This document shows positions 19,151 through 28,127 of a stretch of 32,000 bases of DNA, piece by piece. This DNA comes from Candidatus Helarchaeota ASGARD archaeon Hel_GB_B. Lineage in GTDB: Archaea > Asgardarchaeota > Lokiarchaeia > Helarchaeales > HEL-GB-B. A program made the translations under genes and the position numbers. How positions within the stretch are numbered: the first letter of the stretch is position 1; each line of letters begins with the position of its first letter. Below the pieces are notes generated by a model. That model worked only from the letters and a program-made list of their open reading frames with translations. It made no database searches and was not told the origin of the DNA. The DNA is taken from assembly GCA_005191425.1 (NCBI GenBank), contig SUPR01000034.1:1-32000 (forward strand), read 5' to 3'.

Positions 19151-19211
19151 GATATTTTAAAACTTTTTAATATTCAAAAATATTAAAGTGAATAATGAAT
19201 TTACAGCGAAA

Positions 19212-20246
19212 TCAAAGTCTTACAAAATATGATGCCCCTTTAACGCCTGCATTTGATAAAGAACCTTTAATAATGGGGATTTTACGATGCTCTGGATAAA
19301 CAGATGATTTAAAAGAGGACATCATTTCATTTTTAAATAGATCATAGGCGTTCATAATAGAGCCCTCTAAAATTAAAATATCTGGGTTGAAATTAGTTAT
19401 AAAAGCTGCAATTGCATAACCTATATGCTTACCAAGATTTTTATAAGTTAATAAACAATTTTTATCTACATTAAAATTAGCAAATGCGGGATAGTTTTGT
19501 ATAAATTCTTGGTTTTTAGTTGACCGAGCAAATTGCTCTATCATCCAAGCTCGTTCTTCTTTTCGAGTTTTTATAATTTGATTAGAAACAATTTTTGATG
19601 ATGGACCACCAAATATTTTCATTAATATTGGATAAACTGCCATACCACTGGCAAAATCTTCAAGATTTGAGCCAATTCTTGCTTGTACCTCATCCTTATT
19701 ACTCCCAAAATATGGTGTTTTAGATAATTCAACAGCTAAATACCCAGTCCTTTTTCCGCCCCAGTAAGGCATTCCATTTAATATCATAGCTGCACCGAGG
19801 CCTGTTCCAGGTGCTATTAACCCAAGTGCACTGCATTCCAGTCCTTGTTCTTTATTTGGAGCATATTTATAATATCCCAAGGCAATTGCTTCACAATCAT
19901 TAATTAGCGAGACTTTTTCAGCAGGAAATGTTTCCTTTATTCTTTTTTGTATATTATATTCGCCACAGCCAATATTTTCAGGTGAATATAATATGCCATC
20001 TATTGTTGAAAGTGGGCCAGCTGAGCCTATACCAATTTTAACTTTTAAATCAGGAAATAATTTTGCAAAATTATTGATTAAATCATCAAGACATTCGAAT
20101 AAACATTTTTCGAAAATTTTTTTGCTCCTTTTTGATGGAAATTTAATTATTTTTAGGTTATCAATAATATTTCCATAAGAATCAATTATAGCACCCCGAA
20201 TTTTAGTACCCCCAATATCTAACCCAATTGTTGGTCTGTTGTCCAT
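19212..20246 (-). CDS. ROK-family kinase (sugar kinase-like), divergent
   Basis: GLDIGGTKI, GSAGP, INDCEA, GTGLG, NFNPDILIL and AGVKGA motifs; AGGTGA RBS. Confidence 0.85.
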   Translation of the reverse strand: MDNRPTIGLDIGGTKIRGAIIDSYGNIIDNLKIIKFPSKRSKKIFEKCLFECLDDLINNFAKLFPDLKVKIGIGSAGPLSTIDGILYSPENIGCGEYNIQKRIKETFPAEKVSLINDCEAIALGYYKYAPNKEQGLECSALGLIAPGTGLGAAMILNGMPYWGGKRTGYLAVELSKTPYFGSNKDEVQARIGSNLEDFASGMAVYPILMKIFGGPSSKIVSNQIIKTRKEERAWMIEQFARSTKNQEFIQNYPAFANFNVDKNCLLTYKNLGKHIGYAIAAFITNFNPDILILEGSIMNAYDLFKNEMMSSFKSSVYPEHRKIPIIKGSLSNAGVKGASYFVRL

Positions 20247-20335
20247 TTAATCTCACCTGTTCTAAATTATATTTAAAATAAAATATTTAATATGGAGGAA
20301 AAAACAAAATAAAAAAATAATAGATAATTTTAAGA

Positions 20336-20797
20336 TTATTTCATCATAAGTATGGTTGCAACACCATCTGCAGCTACTTTACCATTATGATTCGGGTCAT
20401 AGACACAGTTATCGATAATTACTTGCGTTTTAATTTCCAAAAATTTTAGTTTACCATCTTTTTTAGTATATTTTTTTATGACTTCAGCGTGTGCAGTTAC
20501 GGTATCTCCAAAATGAACTGGCGCAGTAAATCGAATTTCTTGCCCACCATATATACATCCAGGGCCGGGTAATTTCATTCCCAATACTGCGCTTATTAAA
20601 GCTGATGTAAATGCGCCATGTACAATTCGAGTTTTAAATTGCGTGCTTTTTGCATATTCTTCGTCGATATGGACTGGATTAAAATCGCCACTTATGCCTG
20701 CAAATAATGTATCATCAGTTTGAGTTATAGTTTTTGTGAATTCTGCTTTTTCACCAATTTGAATATCATCAAATGTTCTTTCATTATATTTTCCCAA
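20336..20797 (-). CDS. MaoC-family dehydratase / (R)-specific enoyl-CoA hydratase
   Basis: FAGISGDFNPVHIDE catalytic D/H motif, IVHGAFT and FTAPVHFGDTV. Confidence 0.92.
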   Translation of the reverse strand: MGKYNERTFDDIQIGEKAEFTKTITQTDDTLFAGISGDFNPVHIDEEYAKSTQFKTRIVHGAFTSALISAVLGMKLPGPGCIYGGQEIRFTAPVHFGDTVTAHAEVIKKYTKKDGKLKFLEIKTQVIIDNCVYDPNHNGKVAADGVATILMMK

Positions 20798-21013
20798 ATG
20801 GATCTAACTCCATAAGTTTGTAATTTAACTTTAAAAATGATGATTAAAAAGATTTCTTTTTTTTAAAAATAATCAATTAAAAGATATTTAAATAAAAAAC
20901 TTAGGTCAATTTGTCAAACTATATATGATTTTTAATGAATAGAATTAATTTTTAATTGGTTATTAAAGAATATGTTTTATATAAAAATCAGTTCAATAGT
21001 ATTGTAAAAAATT

Positions 21014-22354
21014 TTAAAGTTCAACAGGTTTGTCCATTAAATAGGGGTCAGATGCTTTTTGGCCGGTGATTTTATAAACTATTTCCCAGAATTTCGCAGG
21101 TCTAATTCCACGATATGACTCTCTTATCTTCTTTTTGATCAATTTCATTGTATTTAATGCCTCTTGTTTTGTAAGTTTAGATGGTTCGCTTTTAACTTCA
21201 CTAAGAATCTGTTCAATTTGGGTATCAGATGCATTTATTCCCGCTTGATTTAATAAATATCTAATTGTAGTTCTGCCGCTATATTTACCCATATAAAAGT
21301 ACCTATTTCTACCAATTTTACGTGGATTATATGGCTCAATAGTCCACGGACCACCAGAGATCATAGCGTGAATATGAAGTCCAGATTCATGAGAAAATGA
21401 ATTTACTCCAACAATTGCTTTATGAACAGATAGAGGCAGACCAAAATAAGCTTCGGTCAACTCTGCTAACTCATAAAGGTGCTCTGTTTTGACAGTTTTA
21501 ATACCATACAAACAATCAAGGGCCATAACTACTTCTTCTAAAGCAGCATTTCCACTGCGCTCGCCAAATGCATTCACTGTAACGTGAGGATAATTGGCGC
21601 CTTCCTCAAGAGCAGCTAATGTATTTGCTGTAGCTAATCCGAAATCATTATGACAATGAGGAGATATAATAATGTCTTGAGGAATATCGGGGTGATTTAT
21701 TATTTTATTTATCAAATATTTCATTGATTTTGGTCGAAGATACCCCACCGTATCTGCAATATCAATTTTATTAGCACCAGCATTTATAGCAACTTTACAA
21801 AAGTCAATAAGACTATCTAAGGGAGTACGAGTAGCATCTACTGGAACGAAGTCCGCAACTATACCATGATCAACAACATATTGAATAGACTGTTCGATTC
21901 GGTTTAATGCTTCCTCTTTTTCTATTTTCAGGACCCTTTTTAATGATAAATCTGAAATTGGGAAAAAAACTGGGACTTCATCAACTTCGCATTCTACAGC
22001 GACTTGAACATCTTTTAAATGAGCTCTAGCGGGAGCTGCTATTTTTGTATTAAATTTTTCTTTTGCAATTTTGGAAACTATGAATTTATCGTTATCACTT
22101 ACAGCTGGATATCCAACGACAACAACAGCGATGCCCATATCGTCCATTATTTTAATTATATCTAGTTTTTGATTTAAACTTAATTGTACACCAGGAGTTT
22201 GTTCCCCATCTCTGAGAGTTTCATCCCATATTTTGATGTCCTTTTTCATTTTTTCTGGTCTGTTTATTTCTAAGTTGTTATAGTTAAATAATAATTTTTT
22301 ACCTGCTTTAAGTTCGTTGATCTTTTCTACAATTGCCTTTTTATCATCATTCAA
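21014..22354 (-). CDS. DRE-TIM metallolyase (homocitrate/isopropylmalate/citramalate synthase family); substrate not assignable
   Basis: DETLRDGEQTPG, IADTVG, HCHNDFGLA, GERSGNA, HESGLH and GKYSG; no evident LeuA regulatory domain. Confidence 0.88.
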   Translation of the reverse strand: MNDDKKAIVEKINELKAGKKLLFNYNNLEINRPEKMKKDIKIWDETLRDGEQTPGVQLSLNQKLDIIKIMDDMGIAVVVVGYPAVSDNDKFIVSKIAKEKFNTKIAAPARAHLKDVQVAVECEVDEVPVFFPISDLSLKRVLKIEKEEALNRIEQSIQYVVDHGIVADFVPVDATRTPLDSLIDFCKVAINAGANKIDIADTVGYLRPKSMKYLINKIINHPDIPQDIIISPHCHNDFGLATANTLAALEEGANYPHVTVNAFGERSGNAALEEVVMALDCLYGIKTVKTEHLYELAELTEAYFGLPLSVHKAIVGVNSFSHESGLHIHAMISGGPWTIEPYNPRKIGRNRYFYMGKYSGRTTIRYLLNQAGINASDTQIEQILSEVKSEPSKLTKQEALNTMKLIKKKIRESYRGIRPAKFWEIVYKITGQKASDPYLMDKPVEL

Positions 22355-22540
22355 TTTAATACCTCAAAAAATACGGAATACAAACTACTAATAAAACTTT
22401 TTTTAATAGTAAATTTCTATAATTAGTCATATCTCAAATATATCAATAAAATTAATTTAAAAAAAAGTCATGAATTTTAACAAGATTTTAAAATATTTAT
22501 AGAAATGTACAATGAATAAAATATTTCAAGGTGAACAAAA

Positions 22541-23023
22541 TTGGCTTCAGAAAAAATTAGAATTAGGGAATATAAAAAAGGCGATTATCTTTATACCAAG
22601 AGATTGATGCAACAATTGACTGCAAGCGTTGGAAGAGAATTTGAGGAAGATAGATGGAAAAAACATATCAGTATAAGGTTGAGTAGTGGACTGGGTGGTA
22701 TGTTAATAGCTGCAGATGAGGACGACCATTGTTTTGGTATGGCTTTTGTAGAGGTCAGGACCAAGCCAACAGGTCAGTATTATCAGCACCACCCTAGGAC
22801 AGATAAATATGGATATATAACAAATGTGATTGTCGATGAAAAGTGGCGCGGAAAAGGTATTGGAGAAAAATTGATAAGAAAAGCTATTGAAGAATTAAAA
22901 AATGCAGGCATTGAAATCATAAGAATAAATGTCAGAGAAAATGCAACAGAAGCTAAGAACCTTTATAAAAAAATAGGTTTTAAAGAGTCCTATACAGTAA
23001 TGGAATATGAAGTAAAAGATTAA
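22541..23023 (+). CDS. GNAT N-acetyltransferase
   Basis: VIVDEKWRGKGIG and AKNLYKKIGF motifs; AGGTGA RBS before a TTG start. Confidence 0.88.
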   Translation: MASEKIRIREYKKGDYLYTKRLMQQLTASVGREFEEDRWKKHISIRLSSGLGGMLIAADEDDHCFGMAFVEVRTKPTGQYYQHHPRTDKYGYITNVIVDEKWRGKGIGEKLIRKAIEELKNAGIEIIRINVRENATEAKNLYKKIGFKESYTVMEYEVKD

Positions 23024-23091
23024 GCAAAAATCTTGCTAATTAGAAATATTTATTTAATTTTTAGGCTAAAATCTTAATTTTTGATGGAACT

Positions 23092-23613
23092 ATGTTTTCA
23101 ATTATTTTTGCACCAGAAGAATTTTATTTAGAATTACAACAAAAACATTTGAAAATACCAATCTTAGATTTGATTAGAAATAAAATTAAGGAATTGAGAT
23201 CGATTGATTTAATTATAAAAACACTCATTGATGAAGAGCATACAATAACCAGTGAGAATTTTCAAATTATTTATTTGATCAACCATAATTTATTAAAAAG
23301 TTTTAAATTAGGTAAATATACATGGACATTGAGTGATGATGATATAAAAAAAGTATTGAATGGAACTTCTATTTTATTTTTAACCGAACGGAAAATTTTT
23401 ATACCAATTAAGAAAGTAAGCAAAATGATGAAGGGAATTATAGAAGAAAGAGGTATCAATATAAAAATTGAAAAAAATGGTTTTTATGATGGATTAAATA
23501 ATGATGATGATGATAAAATAAAAATAGAAGTAATATCCCGTAATGATGAAAGATTTAATATTCTGGCTGATGAGTGCAATGGTAAATTATTAATTTTTTA
23601 TTTAAACGTTTAA
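23092..23613 (+). CDS. Hypothetical protein
   Basis: 173-aa open frame, 2 nt from the next gene; no motif recognised. Confidence 0.6.
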   Translation: MFSIIFAPEEFYLELQQKHLKIPILDLIRNKIKELRSIDLIIKTLIDEEHTITSENFQIIYLINHNLLKSFKLGKYTWTLSDDDIKKVLNGTSILFLTERKIFIPIKKVSKMMKGIIEERGINIKIEKNGFYDGLNNDDDDKIKIEVISRNDERFNILADECNGKLLIFYLNV

Positions 23614-23615
23614 TT

Positions 23616-24260
23616 GTGAAAATCATGATAGTACATAAAAAATTGTATTCTATTTTATGTTATATTGAAATTACCTTAGGAATACTCTTAATTATCTCTA
23701 CGATTATTGAAATTTTTTTTCTAAAAGTCCTCTATGATGATAATTTAGTTGAGAATATATATGTCATATTTTTAGGAATTGGAGGATTTGCAACCCTATT
23801 TGGAGGTTTATTTAGCTTAGGTATTTTACCAATTGCTAGTTGCACGCCTTCATTTATTTGTATGTTATTACTATTAAATAATGAAGATTTTTGGGCAGTA
23901 TTCAGACCAGATATTTTAGTTTTTTTAATATTATCTTTAATAATTGGTGTCCTTTTAATTATTTTTTATCAAGAATTTATCCCTGAAAAACGAAATGAAC
24001 TAAAAGATTTATTATTAAAAGAATTGGGCGGTATTAAAAATAAACAAATAGAAAAATTAAATATGATAGGAATAGAAACTCTTAATGAGTTAATTGAAGA
24101 GAAGGAGAATCTCAAAGAAATTGCAAAGTTAACAAATATTGATAGAAAAATATTAAAAAAATGGATAGATAAAGCAGAAGCTTATGAAAAAGAATATCAA
24201 GATTACCAAAAAGAAAAATTGAAAAAATCATATTGGAAAAGTAGAAAAAATAAGAGATAG
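23616..24260 (+). CDS. Membrane protein (about 4 TM) with C-terminal helix-hairpin-helix-like domain; alternative ATG at 23625
   Basis: Hydrophobic N-terminal half; LKELGGIKNKQIEKLNMIGIETLNELI...IDRKILKKWIDKA resembles an HhH/DUF4332-type module. Confidence 0.7.
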   Translation: MKIMIVHKKLYSILCYIEITLGILLIISTIIEIFFLKVLYDDNLVENIYVIFLGIGGFATLFGGLFSLGILPIASCTPSFICMLLLLNNEDFWAVFRPDILVFLILSLIIGVLLIIFYQEFIPEKRNELKDLLLKELGGIKNKQIEKLNMIGIETLNELIEEKENLKEIAKLTNIDRKILKKWIDKAEAYEKEYQDYQKEKLKKSYWKSRKNKR

Positions 24261-24760
24261 TCCGAAAATAAATATATAAATTTCAGTTTTATCGTTATTG
24301 AAAGTACCTTTTAAGAAAAATCCTAATTTGATTAATTTTTTTGTGAAAACTGAAGAAAATTGTATAAAATTTGGATCGGGCATGCTAACTTAATGGATTA
24401 ATTTGAGTTTATAATTGATAATTGTAGTTTTAATGATTTAATTTTAATAAAGACGACACCGAAAAATTAAAATTTTTAGTTAAAATATTCGATAATATAA
24501 CATTTCATTAAGTTCTGGATAAAAGTTTGGAACATCTAACAAAAATATATAAAGATAAAGTTTAATATCAATATTAATTTCATTATATGATATTAGTTTC
24601 AAAAATCCTTAATATAATATATTAAAACATAAAAAACTAAAATATATTATAATTTAAAATAAAAATTGTAGAAATTAAAAATAGCAATGACAAATTTTTT
24701 ATTTATAAATTTTTTAGCCTAAAAAAATGTTATTTTAAAAATAATTGATGGTGGGTTTTA

Positions 24761-25618
24761 TTGGCAATTAATAAAATAATGAGTTTAAAAGAAGCAGTTT
24801 CTCAATACGTAGAAGATGGTGATCTGGTTGGTATTGGTGGACTGTCATTTTGGAGAAAGCCAATTTCAGCGATAAGAGAAATAATTAGACAAGGAAAAAA
24901 GAATTTAGGAATAGTCACATTTGTTGGGGGACTTGATGTCGATTTATTAGCTGGAGCAAATTGTATAAATAGAGTCCGTGCCAGTTTTGTTGGTATGGAA
25001 TTATTTGGTTTGGCACCAAGATATAGAGAGGCTGTTGAAAGTGGAAAATTGAAGGTCATAGAGGAAACTGAGGCGTCTATTGCATTAGGACTTAAAGCAG
25101 TTTATTTAAGATTACCATTTATGCCATTAAAAGGGATTATTGATACAGATATCTTAAAGGTACGGGATGATATTAAAGAATTTGTTGATCCATTAAAAAA
25201 TGAGAGATTAGTAGCTGTTCCACCAATTAAGCCAGATGTTGCAATAATTCATGTCCCTTATGCTGACGAGAAGGGTAATGGAAATATTGCCGGTGCTGTT
25301 TGGATTGATGACGATCTATCGAAAGTTGCAAAGAAAGTCATTATTACTTGTGAAAAAATTGTTGAAACTGAAGATATTATTAGATTACCTGGTAAAGGAC
25401 AAATCCCTATGCAGAAAGTAGATGCAGTAGTTAGAGTTCCTTTTGGAGCACACCCGACCAGTTGTTATCCGTTTTATACTTTTGACCCAATTCACATTAA
25501 AAATTATATGAAGATCAACTATGATGAATATTTTAATACATTTATTAAACCTGAAAATATTGGAGACTACTTGGAAAAAGTTGGAGGTATAAAATCTATT
25601 TTAAATATAATTACATAG
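24761..25618 (+). CDS. Family I CoA-transferase-fold subunit A (GctA/IpdA-like)
   Basis: GGLSFWRKP, EETEASIALGL, RLPFMP, PDVAIIH, GN and APFGAHPT-like PFGAHPTSC motifs. Confidence 0.88.
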   Translation: MAINKIMSLKEAVSQYVEDGDLVGIGGLSFWRKPISAIREIIRQGKKNLGIVTFVGGLDVDLLAGANCINRVRASFVGMELFGLAPRYREAVESGKLKVIEETEASIALGLKAVYLRLPFMPLKGIIDTDILKVRDDIKEFVDPLKNERLVAVPPIKPDVAIIHVPYADEKGNGNIAGAVWIDDDLSKVAKKVIITCEKIVETEDIIRLPGKGQIPMQKVDAVVRVPFGAHPTSCYPFYTFDPIHIKNYMKINYDEYFNTFIKPENIGDYLEKVGGIKSILNIIT

Positions 25619-25627
25619 GTGATAATT

Positions 25628-26491
25628 ATGGATTATTCAATTGATGAATTAATTACAGTCTTAATGGCACGAGAAGTTACAAATACGGATGTAATGATAG
25701 TTGGAGTTGCGACACCTTGTGTTTGGTCTGCATTTACATTAGCAAAAGTCACCCACGCGCCTAATGCAATTTTTCATTATATAATGGGTAATACATTTGT
25801 GTATGAAGCCCGAAGAGTTTCATTATTATGGCTAGAAAATACAGCTATATCGCGATGCCATCGGATCCATAATAGCGGAGAATGTACCCTTGAATTGCTG
25901 CCCCATGACACTCTTACAACAATCGAATTTTTCAGACCTGCACAAATTGATCAATATGGAAATACGAATAACACATGTATTGGATCGTGGGACAACCCAA
26001 AAGTAAGGTTACCAGGAGCCGCTGGAATTCCGGATTTCTCTGGTTTTTATAGTAGAGGACAGAGTCTTTATGTTACTCGTCATGATAGACGAACTTTTGT
26101 ACCTTCTGAAAAATTGTTTTTTAGGTCAGGTGTTGGGTACGTCAATGGTCAAATGCCAGTTGCAGGAGGAGCAGGCCCTAAATTTATCATAACAGACCTT
26201 GCATATCTTGATTTTGACGAAAAAACTAAAAAAATGCGAATTAAAACGCGACATCCAGGAGTTTCAATCGAAGAAATCCAAGAAAAAACAGGTTTTGAAT
26301 TAATTGTTCCTAACAAAGTTCCTGAGACCAAACCACCAACAGACCATGAGCTAAAAATGTTAAGAGAAAAAGTAGACCCACTTGCTATTAGACGTCTTGA
26401 AGTTCTAACAGGGAAAGAACGAGACGAACATTTACAATATGTTATTGAAAATGAAATAAAAATGGAAAAAAGAGTTATGGAACGCATTTAA
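25628..26491 (+). CDS. Family I CoA-transferase-fold subunit B (GctB/IpdB-like) lacking the canonical catalytic Glu
   Basis: AQIDQYGNTN, RLPGAAG, ITDLA, HPGVS and TGFEL motifs; AGGTGA RBS favours ATG 25628 over GTG 25619. Confidence 0.85.
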   Translation: MDYSIDELITVLMAREVTNTDVMIVGVATPCVWSAFTLAKVTHAPNAIFHYIMGNTFVYEARRVSLLWLENTAISRCHRIHNSGECTLELLPHDTLTTIEFFRPAQIDQYGNTNNTCIGSWDNPKVRLPGAAGIPDFSGFYSRGQSLYVTRHDRRTFVPSEKLFFRSGVGYVNGQMPVAGGAGPKFIITDLAYLDFDEKTKKMRIKTRHPGVSIEEIQEKTGFELIVPNKVPETKPPTDHELKMLREKVDPLAIRRLEVLTGKERDEHLQYVIENEIKMEKRVMERI

Positions 26492-26525
26492 TTCGGAAAT
26501 TACAAATTTATAGAGCATATCACCA

Positions 26526-27293
26526 TTATTTTTTTAAAATTATTTTTTCAAAATTCCTTTGTAAATTTTCAATAACAAAATCTTTTTGTAAATTTTTTAT
26601 CTCTACAATATCTTTAATTATCGTTGGAATAAGAGATGGTCTACCAATTATGTTTAACTTTTTATAATTGACAGGGCCGTCTGATTCAGTTAATAGCCGG
26701 TTAATAGGAGTTAATTTTACAAGATTTCTAACATTTTTTGAATATTTAACAGAAAAATTTATTGAATAGAAAAAACCATTATCAATACCTTTTTTAATCA
26801 ATTTTTCGTTTGCTGAATACCAATGAATTATTATTGGACTGATTTTATACGTTTCTAATATCTCCATTATTTCAGATTCAGCATTTTTACCGTGAACTGT
26901 AACACCTAATTTATGTTTTTCAGAAAATGATAAAAATTTATTAAAAATTGATTTTTGTTTTTCCCATATATTTGGATCTTTTGTATAATATCTATCTAGA
27001 CCAATCTCGCCAATAATTTTTATTATTGATAGATTTTGTTCAATTAATTTAATAACCGTTCCGAATAAATTTTCTATATCAGAATTAGAATTTATTGTAA
27101 TAGGGTGTATACCTAAAGCAGGTAAAATTACATCCGGAAATTGGTGATATAATTCCAATACTTTTTTATTTTCCTCTTTAAACATTGAAACGACTACTAC
27201 TTTTCTAACAGATTTATCAATTGCGTCTTTAATAACATTCTTAACTTCTTTAAATTGCGTTAAATGACAATGAGAATCGTGATAATAGCTCAT
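26526..27293 (-). CDS. tatD: TatD-family metal-dependent nuclease/hydrolase
   Basis: DSHCH, GIHP, IGEIGLD, VHG, IHW and LTESDGP motifs; ATG at 27293. Confidence 0.92.
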   Translation of the reverse strand: MSYYHDSHCHLTQFKEVKNVIKDAIDKSVRKVVVVSMFKEENKKVLELYHQFPDVILPALGIHPITINSNSDIENLFGTVIKLIEQNLSIIKIIGEIGLDRYYTKDPNIWEKQKSIFNKFLSFSEKHKLGVTVHGKNAESEIMEILETYKISPIIIHWYSANEKLIKKGIDNGFFYSINFSVKYSKNVRNLVKLTPINRLLTESDGPVNYKKLNIIGRPSLIPTIIKDIVEIKNLQKDFVIENLQRNFEKIILKK

Positions 27294-27317
27294 TTTGAAA
27301 ATCAAAATATTATTTTA

Positions 27318-27962
27318 TTATTTTTTTAAATTTAATTTTGGATGTTTATTTAATGTTTCAAGGACTTTTTCAAACCGTTCATTGTATTTTCCAGCCAGTT
27401 TTACAACTTTAATATTCCAATCGTTAATTATTCCTTTTATCATTTCATCTATTTCAATTTGAAATTGTAGGTTCACAGACCTAAAATTATCATTTTCAAT
27501 AGGGTAATTTGTTCTTTGTGTATAAAATAAAAAATCATATGTTTCAGCCCAATTTCTACAAATTGTTTCTAAAACATGGAGGTTCTTTTTTGAAATTGAA
27601 TTTTTATTTGCAGATCTTTTAGCATAAGCAAAATTGTCGATAACTGTCCTGTCAGTAACTACAACATTGTTATTACTTTGTCTTTCGATTTCTTTATTTA
27701 TTTGAGCATTAATCACCCAATATTGAGACAAAAAGGCGGAAAGGTCATTAACTGATGCAGGTATATCTCTTACAATTTCTCCGACCCAACCTACTATAAT
27801 ATGGTTTTCTTTTAAATATGACATGATTGTATGTCCTAAAGTGGTTTTTCCAGTTGAATGCGTACCTAAAATTCCAATTTTAATATAATTCTTCTTATCT
27901 CTTTCAAAATAGGCAATTAATTTCTTTTGAACAGTTCTTTTTAAAGTAGTTGATTTGTTCAA
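27318..27962 (-). CDS. P-loop NTPase, AAA_28 / nucleotide-kinase-like
   Basis: Walker A GTHSTGKTT, then TDRTVID, YDFLFY and DNFR motifs. Confidence 0.8.
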   Translation of the reverse strand: MNKSTTLKRTVQKKLIAYFERDKKNYIKIGILGTHSTGKTTLGHTIMSYLKENHIIVGWVGEIVRDIPASVNDLSAFLSQYWVINAQINKEIERQSNNNVVVTDRTVIDNFAYAKRSANKNSISKKNLHVLETICRNWAETYDFLFYTQRTNYPIENDNFRSVNLQFQIEIDEMIKGIINDWNIKVVKLAGKYNERFEKVLETLNKHPKLNLKK

Positions 27963-28127
27963 AAAGGATCATCTGGGAAAATTTTGTTTAATTGATATTT
28001 AGGATTATTAATTCTAAAAAACCACTCATAATAATTTTCTGTTAGAAGCTAATAAATGTTTTCTATTTAAATATATATAATCTATTAGCAATAAAAATGG
28101 AAATTGAGATCGATTAAAATAAGCTAA

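Noticed and set aside
15104-26487. Other short ORF-track entries: 15104-15289, 16319-16552, 17121-17486, 19993-20178, 23271-23459, 24802-25059, 26149-26487
   Set aside because: Each lies almost wholly antisense to a confidently identified gene and has no recognisable motif.
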